Origin: a virus
Virus genome (UHGV): UHGV-0091536
DNA: 13,866 nt
Reading direction: 5' to 3' (one strand)
Positions 7,101 to 13,866 of this stretch are shown in pieces. Within the stretch, counting starts at the first letter, position 1. Each line of letters begins with the position of its first letter. The notes beneath the pieces were generated by a model. The model saw only the letters and a list, made by a program, of their open reading frames with translations. It searched no databases and was not told the origin of the DNA. The translations under genes and the position numbers were made by a program.

Positions 7101-7553
7101 CTAACGCTCAAGGTGAGCCAGGATAATCTCTTCAATCATCTGCACATCCTCACTGGTAAAGCCGAGCAGAGGACGCGCCGGATAATCAATTTTCTTACCG
7201 TCTTTCCGGTTTTCTTCCGACAGACCGAACTGATGCACGCTGGCGATTTTCGGTGACTTCCCGCCGTAAAACTCCATTGATGCCTGTTCCGGGCTGGCGC
7301 GGATATGCAAAAAACGACTGGTGATAAGTTTCGCAAACATTTTTCGCTTAACACGACCAGTCTTTTTTCTGGCGCTCTGCTGCTGGCGTGGCGCGTAGGG
7401 TGTGCCGTCCGGGGCTTTCTGAGCCATCACCCGACGCTGCTGACTCTGCCGCAGACGTTTCGCCAGTTCGGCGCTCAGTCGCCGACGCCCTGACGGTGAC
7501 AGCGATTCAATCAGTCCGGTCAGCCGGTCTTCAAAACGCTTAAACTCATTCAT
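7101..7553 (-). CDS. S: Tail completion protein S (P2 gpS), 150 aa
   Basis: ORF 7101..7553 (-) translates MNEFKRFEDRLTGLIESLSPSGRRRLSAELAKRLRQSQQRRV.... Length and order after R match P2. Confidence 0.9.
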   Translation of the reverse strand: MNEFKRFEDRLTGLIESLSPSGRRRLSAELAKRLRQSQQRRVMAQKAPDGTPYAPRQQQSARKKTGRVKRKMFAKLITSRFLHIRASPEQASMEFYGGKSPKIASVHQFGLSEENRKDGKKIDYPARPLLGFTSEDVQMIEEIILAHLER

Positions 7554-8013
7554 CCCACTTGCTCACCAGTTCGCCATTGATATAAAGCTCCACCGGGCGG
7601 GTGACCGGCTCCGGCGGCGTGGGTTCCGGGATATTCTTCACATGCAGTGCGCCGTCCACCTCACTGACCAGCGTGCGCTCGGTCAGCATCAGGCTGATGC
7701 TGATATCAAAGCTGCTGTCATTGTTGATGTCTGCATAAAACGTGAAGCCCTTTTTCTGGCCTTCGTCGGTGGTCATGATGTCGGGCTGATTTTCCCGCAG
7801 CCACGCCAGCACCGGCACGATGAGCAGGTCAAAATCACCGGTAAAGTCGGTCACAATGACATTGAGCGTGTAACGCTTTTCAAATGACAGCGACGTCGCC
7901 AGTGTGGAGGCAATACTCCCGTTATCCACGAATATCCGCAGCATCTCGGGGCTGGTTTTCAGCACCGTGACGGCATCAGTCAGCGCCCTGCGCAGGCTGT
8001 CGGGTTTGAGCAT
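7546..8013 (-). CDS. R: Tail completion protein R (P2 gpR), 155 aa
   Basis: ORF 7546..8013 (-) translates MLKPDSLRRALTDAVTVLKTSPEMLRIFVDNGSIASTLATSL.... It overlaps the S start by 8 nt, suggesting translational coupling. Confidence 0.9.
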   Translation of the reverse strand: MLKPDSLRRALTDAVTVLKTSPEMLRIFVDNGSIASTLATSLSFEKRYTLNVIVTDFTGDFDLLIVPVLAWLRENQPDIMTTDEGQKKGFTFYADINNDSSFDISISLMLTERTLVSEVDGALHVKNIPEPTPPEPVTRPVELYINGELVSKWDE

Positions 8014-8266
8014 CGTTTTCGTCCTGACAGTGTTTAATCATTTTTACCTGGCTGGCACAGCGTGCCAGCGCGTTCTCAAGCTGCCGGATATCGGCACTTA
8101 AATCGCCGTTCGTCTGCGGGTCACTGCCCGGCATCGGGCAAAGACTCACTTTCGGGCAGGCGTTGTGGACAATCACTGGCGTCTGCGCAGGCCGGGCGCT
8201 GGTGCAACCGGCGCACAGCATCAGGCAGGTCAGCACCGTACCAGCGGCGAAAATCTTCGTTTTCAT
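7976..8266 (-). CDS. lysC: LysC, Rz1-like outer-membrane lipoprotein spanin, 96 aa, starting inside lysB in another frame
   Basis: Internal ATG at 8266-8264 gives MKTKIFAAGTVLTCLMLCAGCTSARPAQTPVIVHNACPKVSLCPMPGSDPQ.... This has a signal peptide, a lipobox-like LCAGC and a Pro-rich mature region. It starts in an alternate frame inside lysB and extends past its stop, as for Rz/Rz1 pairs. Confidence 0.8.
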   Translation of the reverse strand: MKTKIFAAGTVLTCLMLCAGCTSARPAQTPVIVHNACPKVSLCPMPGSDPQTNGDLSADIRQLENALARCASQVKMIKHCQDENDAQTRQPAQGAD

Positions 8267-8546
8267 TGAGTAACCTCGTGATGGTTTTCTCGCGCTGTGC
8301 TTCACGCTTCGCGGCGTTCTCCAGTTCCTGACGCAGTGCCACCTGCGCCAGCTCGTTTTTGTCTGCCCTGGTAAGGGCAACATGAAGCTGGTTTTTCAGC
8401 ATAGTGATGGTCGTCTGCTGCCCGCTGGCGACATTGTTCGCCCTGTCCAGTGAGGCGCGCAGTCTGGCGTTTTCATGCTTCGCCAGAAACAGCCCCGCCA
8501 CCGCCAGCGATAACAACACGACCAGTGCAATCATCAGCTTTGACAT
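8121..8546 (-). CDS. lysB: LysB, Rz-like inner-membrane spanin, 141 aa
   Basis: ORF translates MSKLMIALVVLLSLAVAGLFLAKHENARLRASLDRANNVASGQQ.... It has an N-terminal TM segment followed by a coiled-coil-like periplasmic domain and sits downstream of lysA. Confidence 0.85.
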   Translation of the reverse strand: MSKLMIALVVLLSLAVAGLFLAKHENARLRASLDRANNVASGQQTTITMLKNQLHVALTRADKNELAQVALRQELENAAKREAQREKTITRLLNENEDFRRWYGADLPDAVRRLHQRPACADASDCPQRLPESESLPDAGQ

Positions 8547-8959
8547 AGTTCCCGCCCCTCAAGACGCTGACGGCAGGCCGTGCGTATCAGCCGGAAAAAC
8601 AGCGACGCCACGAGATAAATCAGCGCGGTAAAAATCCACCCGGCAGCGACCAGCGCGATAAACGTCGCCACCATCACCACCAGAGCCGCCGCCCGTCTGC
8701 GCCACGGCACCGGCTGCAAAAACAGCGCCGTGACAATCTTCACGGCCAGCGATTCCGGCGGCAGCTCCCGCCCGTAGCGTTCCAGCACATACTCAGTGGC
8801 ATACACGCCGACACCACCGGCAACCACACAGATAACCGTCGCCAGAATCGCCCAGGCGGCGACAAAATTGACGGCCACGCTCTGCGGGTAAATCAGGGAC
8901 AGTGCCAGCATCAGCGCCAGCGACACGTTCAGCATCAGTGAAAGGGATAATTTCTTCAT
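8534..8959 (-). CDS. lysA: LysA, lysis-timing membrane protein (antiholin-like), 141 aa
   Basis: ORF translates MKKLSLSLMLNVSLALMLALSLIYPQSVAVNFVAAWAILATVICVVAGGV.... It has multiple TM segments and lies between K and lysB as in P2. Confidence 0.85.
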   Translation of the reverse strand: MKKLSLSLMLNVSLALMLALSLIYPQSVAVNFVAAWAILATVICVVAGGVGVYATEYVLERYGRELPPESLAVKIVTALFLQPVPWRRRAAALVVMVATFIALVAAGWIFTALIYLVASLFFRLIRTACRQRLEGRELCQS

Positions 8960-8973
8960 GGTGTTTACTCCGT

Positions 8974-9471
8974 TTAAGCCGGTACGCCGCCAGCGGTACG
9001 CCAGACGGTGACCAGTTTTTCCAGTGAATGCTCACGCTGACCGTAACCGGCACCCGGCAGGGACGCCCAGATATTGCGACAGCGTGAAATGGCGCGCTCA
9101 ATGCGTCCCGTCCGGATGTCATTCAGTGCACCACGTTCGCGGATCAACTGAATGGCGAGTCTGTCCTGTGACAACGGACTGAAATCAGGCAGGGCAAGCT
9201 GTTTGCGGTAATGCGGCCAGAACAGGTAAAGCTGCTGATAGCGACCGGAGGCCGTGGATTTTTCACCGCGACGGTTAAACACCTTCGCCGGTCGGCCATG
9301 CGCGAACGGGTGGTCACTGTAGTCGGTGAAGATTTCCGGCTTTCCGTCCAGTCCGGTGACTATCACGTCATAGCCCCGGTTTTTCGTCAGCGGATGATTC
9401 GCCGTCCCTTCGGACACGGCCAGCATGTCGAGAAAGGCCGCGATATTCTGATGTGTGTTAATAACCGGCAT
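8974..9471 (-). CDS. K: Endolysin K (P2 gpK, lysozyme-like), 165 aa
   Basis: ORF translates MPVINTHQNIAAFLDMLAVSEGTANHPLTKNRGYDVIVTGLDGKPEIFTDYSDHPF.... Its start overlaps the Y stop. Confidence 0.9.
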   Translation of the reverse strand: MPVINTHQNIAAFLDMLAVSEGTANHPLTKNRGYDVIVTGLDGKPEIFTDYSDHPFAHGRPAKVFNRRGEKSTASGRYQQLYLFWPHYRKQLALPDFSPLSQDRLAIQLIRERGALNDIRTGRIERAISRCRNIWASLPGAGYGQREHSLEKLVTVWRTAGGVPA

Positions 9472-9752
9472 TACGGTTTCCCCCTGCCCTTAAAGCGGCG
9501 CTGAATGGCAATCTCAATCACCTGATAACCGGCGATACCCAGCATGGAGCCGATGCCGCACACCGCAGGCAGTGACAGGTCAGGAAACTGCACCAGAACA
9601 ACACCGGCAACCATCGAGACAAAACCACCGAGCAACATGCGCCCGATAAACAGACGCGGGGTGATGGGTTCACCACCGGCAAGCACCTTGCCGACAACAA
9701 TCAGCACCCCAATCATGAAAAGCGACAGGACGCTTTTTTCTTCTGCTGTCAT
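9471..9752 (-). CDS. Y: Holin Y (P2 gpY), 93 aa
   Basis: ORF translates MTAEEKSVLSLFMIGVLIVVGKVLAGGEPITPRLFIGRMLLGGFVSMVAGVVLVQF.... It has hydrophobic TM segments and a charged C-terminus, and sits immediately upstream of the endolysin. Confidence 0.9.
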   Translation of the reverse strand: MTAEEKSVLSLFMIGVLIVVGKVLAGGEPITPRLFIGRMLLGGFVSMVAGVVLVQFPDLSLPAVCGIGSMLGIAGYQVIEIAIQRRFKGRGKP

Positions 9753-9755
9753 GCG

Positions 9756-9959
9756 TTACTCCCACAGATTGACAGTTTCAGCCACGGGCGCGGTCTGAAC
9801 ATCGGGCAGTTCGACGGCGGTGCCGTGTGGCAGCACCACACCCAGTTCAGCCAGTCCCGGATTTGCGGCGAGCACGGCCTCGACCACACCCTCAGTGCGC
9901 CCGTAATACCGGACACAGATGGCGTCGAGCGTGTCGCCCTGTAGCGCAAAGGTCTTCAT
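9756..9959 (-). CDS. X: Tail protein X (P2 gpX, LysM-like), 67 aa
   Basis: The true start is the internal ATG at 9959-9957, giving MKTFALQGDTLDAICVRYYGRTEGVVEAVLAANPGLAELGVVLPHGTAVELPDVQTAPVAETVNLWE. The track ORF 9756..10028 begins 23 codons further upstream (MAGYALG...), inside L. The X start overlaps the L stop (ATGA). Confidence 0.85.
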   Translation of the reverse strand: MKTFALQGDTLDAICVRYYGRTEGVVEAVLAANPGLAELGVVLPHGTAVELPDVQTAPVAETVNLWE

Positions 9960-10468
9960 CAGATTTGACTCACAATGCAGCGCGGCTTGTCCTGGATTCG
10001 CGCCACTGCCCAGCGCATATCCCGCCACAGCTCATCAATGGTGCTGTCAATGCTGTCGGCCTTCTTGTCGCCTTTGGCACTGGCATCAACGCCGCGATAA
10101 CGCTCATAAAGCGATGCGGTCGCCATCGCACACACGGCGCGCTCGTAGTAAAAAACTTTGATGCTTTCACCGTCGATGTCGTCCGCCGGGACTTCCGCCA
10201 GACGCGTAAAACCGGCGGCAATTTTCTGTTCGCGGTACTCGTACAGCTCCGCATTCGTCTCCGCCATGCCTGACTTGATGGCCTCACGCAGACGGGCGGG
10301 GGCGACGGTCTGCTCAAGGCGCATACGTTCCCGGACGCGCTTCGGGTCGATATCGGGAAAAAAGAACGTGTTTTTAATCACCGGCTCGTCGCCTGCCGGT
10401 TGCGGGATGACCACCGTACCCTCACCGGACACGGGAGCCTCCTTTCGCGGAATAATCAGCGTCATCAT
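9959..10468 (-). CDS. L: Head completion/stabilisation protein L (P2 gpL), 169 aa
   Basis: The conserved start is the tandem ATG ATG at 10468-10463 (MMTLIIPRKEAPVSGEGTVVIPQPAGDEPVIKNTFFFPDIDPKRV...), with a GAGGT RBS 5 nt upstream. The track ORF extends 20 codons further to a less likely start. Confidence 0.88.
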   Translation of the reverse strand: MMTLIIPRKEAPVSGEGTVVIPQPAGDEPVIKNTFFFPDIDPKRVRERMRLEQTVAPARLREAIKSGMAETNAELYEYREQKIAAGFTRLAEVPADDIDGESIKVFYYERAVCAMATASLYERYRGVDASAKGDKKADSIDSTIDELWRDMRWAVARIQDKPRCIVSQI

Positions 10469-10567
10469 GACTACCTCTGAAAAGTCGGGCGGTGGACGCC
10501 GGTGCAGTGTCAGGTGATTCACCCTCACTGACCGGCGTGCCGCCCTGGCGCGGGGCGCATTCGGTTG

Positions 10568-11311
10568 TTAACTGGCTTTCTTTTTCGGGCGTCCACGTTT
10601 TGCCGGTGTCACGCTCCGGGTCTTACGCGGGGCGCGGGTGGCCGCTTTGGGCTGCGGCTCCGGCTTCGGTTTCAGCTCCCGCTCCAGTCGTTCAATCTCT
10701 TTTTTGACGCCTGCCTGACAGTCGAGCTGTGTCGCACGTTGCAGGTGAGCCAGCGCACCGGCGGCATCACCAGCGTCACGCAGAAACAGACCGGTGATTT
10801 TGTGCAGCTTTGCGCGCACTTCATCAGGCATGTCAGCCGTGGCGGTCAGTTCAAGGGTCTCCGTCAGCAGGCGGGTATCCACAGACTCACCGGCAGCGTG
10901 AGCGCGCATGGCCGCGAGCGCCACCTCCTCGGTGAACATGTACGGCGGGGTGCGGCGGTGTTTACCCGGCATGGTCAGACCGTACTTCAGGGCATAACGG
11001 GCAATCTCCAGCGCACCGGCAATATCGCCGGTATCCAGACGCCACAGCATGACCGTCATCAGAATGTCATCCTGTGCACCTTTGCCCTGCTCCAGCACGC
11101 CGTTCACCCACGGCAACCAGAACGGCAGCAGTTCGCGTTTTTTTGCGGCCTTCAGCTCTTTTGAATAAATCGCTTTCAGTGTGCGCTGGTCTGCGGCCAG
11201 CTTGACCAGCATCTGCTCATAGACAGTTGCATGTCGCAGCGGGGCGGCTTCCCGCTGCGCGGTCATCGCTGCCGAGACCCGCATCATGTGGCGCTGTGCG
11301 GGACTCGTCAT
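10568..11311 (-). CDS. M: Terminase small (endonuclease) subunit M (P2 gpM), 247 aa
   Basis: ORF translates MTSPAQRHMMRVSAAMTAQREAAPLRHATVYEQMLVKLAADQRTLKAI..., with a basic C-terminal tail. It lies 3 nt downstream of the N stop. Confidence 0.9.
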   Translation of the reverse strand: MTSPAQRHMMRVSAAMTAQREAAPLRHATVYEQMLVKLAADQRTLKAIYSKELKAAKKRELLPFWLPWVNGVLEQGKGAQDDILMTVMLWRLDTGDIAGALEIARYALKYGLTMPGKHRRTPPYMFTEEVALAAMRAHAAGESVDTRLLTETLELTATADMPDEVRAKLHKITGLFLRDAGDAAGALAHLQRATQLDCQAGVKKEIERLERELKPKPEPQPKAATRAPRKTRSVTPAKRGRPKKKAS

Positions 11312-11314
11312 CGG

Positions 11315-12388
11315 TTACGCTCCCGGCTCTGCGGTCACTTTGGCCGGTGTGGAGAAATCACCGACCTTAATTTTTTCCACCAGACAACCGGCGGCGTAGT
11401 CTTCCACCACGTAATCAATGTTCATTGACTCGTAGTTCTCCACGCGGTCGAGTTTCGGGTTTTCCTCAATCACACGGCGATGACTGTCATCCATGTAGTA
11501 GATGGACAGGTTTTCCAGCTTCGTGATGAGCATCGCATCCGCCGGGAAGTACGGGACGCGTACCGCCGGCAGGTTACCGATGCGTTTCTGGCTGATGATG
11601 ACGTCAGCGGCCAGCATTTCGCTGTTATCCTGCTCCTTGTTAACGATGGGGAAATACTTGTCCGCCAGTAGCTGACGTCCCACAATCACCACAAGGTCCG
11701 GGTCTTCCTGATACCACGGTTCAATCAGGTTGTTGGTCGCATCCATCACCAGTGCATCGAGGCTGGCATAATCACCGCCCTTACCCACGCGGATGACCTC
11801 AGAGGTGGTGTGCCCTTCCTCGTCAGTGACCTTGCTCATCACGCGCGCCGGGGCTTCATTGCGGTATTTCTGCAGCCAGCCGACCGCCACATCCTGCAGC
11901 ATCGGATTGCTGCTGCGGTCAGAGGTTTCGGCACGCTTCACGCCGTTAAAACCGGCCATGATGAAATCAAGGGACTGGCGTTTGATAATGGCGTTACGGA
12001 TACGGAGCTGGAAATCCTGATAACGCGCCCACAGGTCCAGCGTTTTGTAGCGGATATAAAAATCGAAGTTAATCTGGTCGCATTCGTACTTGTTTGACGC
12101 CAGCTTCGAGAAGTCCTTCGGCTGACGCTCGGTGCCACCGGCGGTGTCGGTGGTGCTGGCGATGGAGCCGGTGACACCAATACCAATTTTTTCCCCTTTC
12201 ATTTCGCTGACCGGCACAATGTTGATGCGGGTCAGAAAGTCAGAAGACTCCTGCATGGTGTTCATCAGGGTCTGGGTGACCGACGGTTCAACGGTGAATT
12301 TTTTCGACACATCACCGGCGTCGATGCCGTTCAGTTCGGCAACACGGGACAGGTAGGCATTAAATTTAAAGCGGGTTTCCTGGCGCAT
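11315..12388 (-). CDS. N: Major capsid protein N (P2 gpN), 357 aa
   Basis: ORF translates MRQETRFKFNAYLSRVAELNGIDAGDVSKKFTVEPSVTQTLMNTMQESSDFLTRINIVPV.... Length and sequence match the P2 major capsid precursor. AGGA RBS upstream. Confidence 0.93.
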   Translation of the reverse strand: MRQETRFKFNAYLSRVAELNGIDAGDVSKKFTVEPSVTQTLMNTMQESSDFLTRINIVPVSEMKGEKIGIGVTGSIASTTDTAGGTERQPKDFSKLASNKYECDQINFDFYIRYKTLDLWARYQDFQLRIRNAIIKRQSLDFIMAGFNGVKRAETSDRSSNPMLQDVAVGWLQKYRNEAPARVMSKVTDEEGHTTSEVIRVGKGGDYASLDALVMDATNNLIEPWYQEDPDLVVIVGRQLLADKYFPIVNKEQDNSEMLAADVIISQKRIGNLPAVRVPYFPADAMLITKLENLSIYYMDDSHRRVIEENPKLDRVENYESMNIDYVVEDYAAGCLVEKIKVGDFSTPAKVTAEPGA

Positions 12389-12446
12389 AGTTTTTCCTGA
12401 AATTAAGGGTTAATCGTGAAGGTTTTCCCGGACTGGCTGACGCCGG

Positions 12447-13301
12447 TCAGCAGTTCGTCATCAGGGCGTCACCGCCACCGCCGGTGGCCTTGCTGCGACG
12501 CTGCTGGGTCAGACTTTCGGTGCTGTCGAGACTGTTTTTCAGGCTGGTGAATGCCTGACTGGTTTCATCCGCCCTGTCAGCCACATCCTGCTTAAGTGCG
12601 GAAAAGGCGGTTTCCATCTCAGCGAGGCGCTGCTCAGTGGCGCTCAGTTTTTCCTGCACATGTTCAGCAACAGCGGTAACCGCTTCATGCACGTCATTCA
12701 GACGGGCGTCATCGCTGGCCTGTTTGCGGCCAAAAATGGATTTCACCTTTTCGGTCAGGGCGGTGAACACGGTTTCAGGCAGGTCTTCAAATTCCAGCTC
12801 AACAGGCGTTGCCACTGAAATCAGGTTTTCAGGGCTTAATTTGAAGCGGTTCAGAGGGTTGTGTTTTGCCGTGCGGCAGAATTCCAGGTATTCCGTGCCG
12901 AGGCTTGCCGGGTCATCGGTGACGGCCAGACCCACCAGATAACATTTGCCTGTATTGGCAAAGTTCGGCTGAATTTCCATTGAGGTATAGACCTTCTGCG
13001 CGGCCTTGTTCATCGCGATAAGGTCATCGGTCGGGGTGATTTTCGCAAACAGCGCCCATTTGCCTTTCAGCGCCGAATCATCGTCAATCTTTTCGGCCTT
13101 CAGTTCGGCCACATCGCCATAACGCTTAAAAATACCGTCAGGCAGGATGCCGCGCAGATGTTCCAGGTTAATACGGCAACCATAGACACGCGGGTCAAAG
13201 GTTTCGGCCATTTCCTGAATATCCTGCGCACTGATGACACGCCCGTCACAGGTGTCACCCTCAACGCCGATACGAAAGAATTTTGAGACTTTTTTTGCCA
13301 T
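12447..13301 (-). CDS. O: Capsid scaffolding protein/protease O (P2 gpO), 284 aa
   Basis: Conserved start at ATG 13301-13299 (MAKKVSKFFRIGVEGDTCDGRVISAQDIQEMAETFDPRVYGCRINLEHLRG...). The track ORF extends 22 codons further upstream to an unlikely start. Confidence 0.9.
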   Translation of the reverse strand: MAKKVSKFFRIGVEGDTCDGRVISAQDIQEMAETFDPRVYGCRINLEHLRGILPDGIFKRYGDVAELKAEKIDDDSALKGKWALFAKITPTDDLIAMNKAAQKVYTSMEIQPNFANTGKCYLVGLAVTDDPASLGTEYLEFCRTAKHNPLNRFKLSPENLISVATPVELEFEDLPETVFTALTEKVKSIFGRKQASDDARLNDVHEAVTAVAEHVQEKLSATEQRLAEMETAFSALKQDVADRADETSQAFTSLKNSLDSTESLTQQRRSKATGGGGDALMTNC

Positions 13302-13474
13302 TGTCAGGAGTCCTGAATAGTGATTAGAGGAGTCACATGTCGGCATCAGTTTCCCGACGATGCGCATCCTCCGCCATCAGTCCCGGATGGCTTATCACTG
13401 ACACAACAGCACCTTAGCGAATCGCAGGGCGCGACTCAGTAGCCTTGCCGTGTATTCATCACGGCGAGGTATTC
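13302..13474. promoter_or_regulatory. Divergent intergenic region between O (-) and P (+), the expected location of the two divergent late promoters
   Basis: A 173-bp non-coding gap between divergent starts. It contains dyads such as gtcgg-N10-ccgac (about 13339-13358), tcagt-N15-actga (13377-13401) and an imperfect TGG-N12-ACA (13388-13405). None is an exact TGT-N12-ACA Ogr-type site, so the assignment is positional. Confidence 0.4.
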
Positions 13475-13866
13475 ATGACCATCACCACAGACACCACTCT
13501 TTTACACGACCCGCGTCGTCAGGCGGCGCTGCTGTACTGGCAGGGATTTTCCGTGCCGCAGATTGCCGCCATGTTGCAGATGAAACGCCCGACAGTGCAG
13601 AGCTGGAAACAGCGCGACGGCTGGGACAACGTTGCCCCCATCAGCCGTGTCGAAATGAGCCTGGAAGCGCGGCTGACCCAGCTCATCATCAAACCGCAGA
13701 AAACCGGCGGTGACTTCAAGGAAATTGACCTGCTGGGACGCCAGATTGAACGACTGGCACGGGTAAATCGTTACAGCCAGACCGGCAACGAGGCAGACCT
13801 TAATCCGAACGTCGCTAACCGCAACAAAGGCGGGCGTCGCAAACCGAAAAAGAATTTTTTCAGTGA
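13475..13866 (+). CDS. P: Terminase large (ATPase) subunit P (P2 gpP), N-terminal ~130 codons; continues beyond the window
   Basis: ATG at 13475 preceded by GAGGT. The frame stays open to the window end and reads MTITTDTTLLHDPRRQAALLYWQGFSVPQIAAMLQMKRPTVQSWKQRDGWDNVAPISRVEMSLEARLTQLIIKPQ.... It diverges from O, as P does in P2. Absent from the ORF track because no stop lies in the window. Confidence 0.85.
   Translation, partial: MTITTDTTLLHDPRRQAALLYWQGFSVPQIAAMLQMKRPTVQSWKQRDGWDNVAPISRVEMSLEARLTQLIIKPQKTGGDFKEIDLLGRQIERLARVNRYSQTGNEADLNPNVANRNKGGRRKPKKNFFS

Noticed and set aside
7041-7256. + strand ORF 7041..7256 (71 aa) beginning just after the cargo gene
   Set aside because: It starts inside the terminator hairpin and runs antisense into S. 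No RBS, and its composition matches the antisense of S rather than the AT-rich island.
7136-8383. Assorted overlapping ORFs in the S-R-lys region (7136..7354 -, 7305..7493 +, 7642..7887 +, 7904..8101 +, 8062..8331 +, 8404..8631 +)
   Set aside because: Alternate-frame or antisense to S, R, lysB and lysA. Only the lysC frame has a biologically meaningful product (signal peptide plus lipobox).
8793-9122. ORF 8793..9122 (-) of 109 aa overlapping the lysA/K boundary
   Set aside because: Alternate frame spanning two well-supported genes; no recognisable features.
9518-10317. ORFs 9518..9700 (-), 9544..9798 (+), 9749..9949 (-), 9827..10273 (+), 9919..10161 (+), 9970..10317 (-)
   Set aside because: All overlap Y, X or L in alternate or antisense frames. 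The extended track start of X (MAGYALG...) was rejected in favour of the conserved MKTF start that overlaps the L stop.
10158-11164. + strand ORFs 10158..10517, 10492..10707 and 10565..11164 (up to 199 aa)
   Set aside because: Antisense to L and M, with Arg/Gly-rich spurious translations.
11231-12356. ORFs 11231..11428 (+), 11470..11685 (-), 11480..11671 (+), 11793..12020 (+), 11810..12097 (+), 11938..12186 (-), 12132..12356 (+)
   Set aside because: All lie within the major capsid gene N in other frames or strands; N is very well supported.
12437-12450. Palindrome ctgacgccggtcag at the O stop codon as a terminator between O and N
   Set aside because: Short stem overlapping the stop codon, no U-tract, and O and N are expected to be co-transcribed; insufficient evidence for a functional element.
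12637-12942. + strand ORF 12637..12942 (101 aa)
   Set aside because: Antisense to the scaffold gene O.
13450-13719. ORFs 13450..13713 (+, 87 aa, His-rich start MYSSRRGIHDHHHRHH) and 13519..13719 (-)
   Set aside because: These are alternate frames of the terminase P 5' region. The genuine frame starts at ATG 13475 with a GAGGT RBS and has no stop in the window, which is why the track omits it.
1-13866. CRISPR arrays, tRNA or rRNA genes, insertion sequences or integrase/att sites
   Set aside because: No direct-repeat/spacer periodicity, no tRNA-like cloverleaf candidates and no transposase or integrase-like ORFs were seen. The window is internal to the prophage late region, so attachment sites are not expected here.

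Overview
This window is the late (morphogenesis and lysis) region of a P2-like (Peduovirus-type) enterobacterial prophage. All calls rest on reading the six-frame translations and recognising P2 protein families from memory; no database search was run. Gene order (minus strand unless noted) is: P terminase large subunit (partial, + strand, diverging from O) | O scaffold, N major capsid, M terminase small subunit, L head completion, X, Y holin, K endolysin, lysA, lysB with nested lysC, R, S | one AT-rich + strand cargo ORF at the S-V junction | V, W, J baseplate | a 42-codon stub of I fused out of frame to the 3' two-thirds of sheath gene FI | FII tube, E and E+E' frameshift chaperone, T tape measure (partial). 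Two things depart from a canonical P2 late region. First, a 261-aa, three-TM-segment membrane protein of unknown function sits in an AT-rich island between S and V, with its own RBS and a bidirectional terminator; it is the best candidate for an undescribed accessory (exclusion or defence-type) function. Second, an internal deletion appears to remove the 3' part of I, all of H and G (tail fibre and assembly), the G-FI accessory locus and the 5' third of FI, which would make the prophage tail-defective. Most + strand ORFs in the supplied track are antisense artefacts in GC-rich coding DNA.
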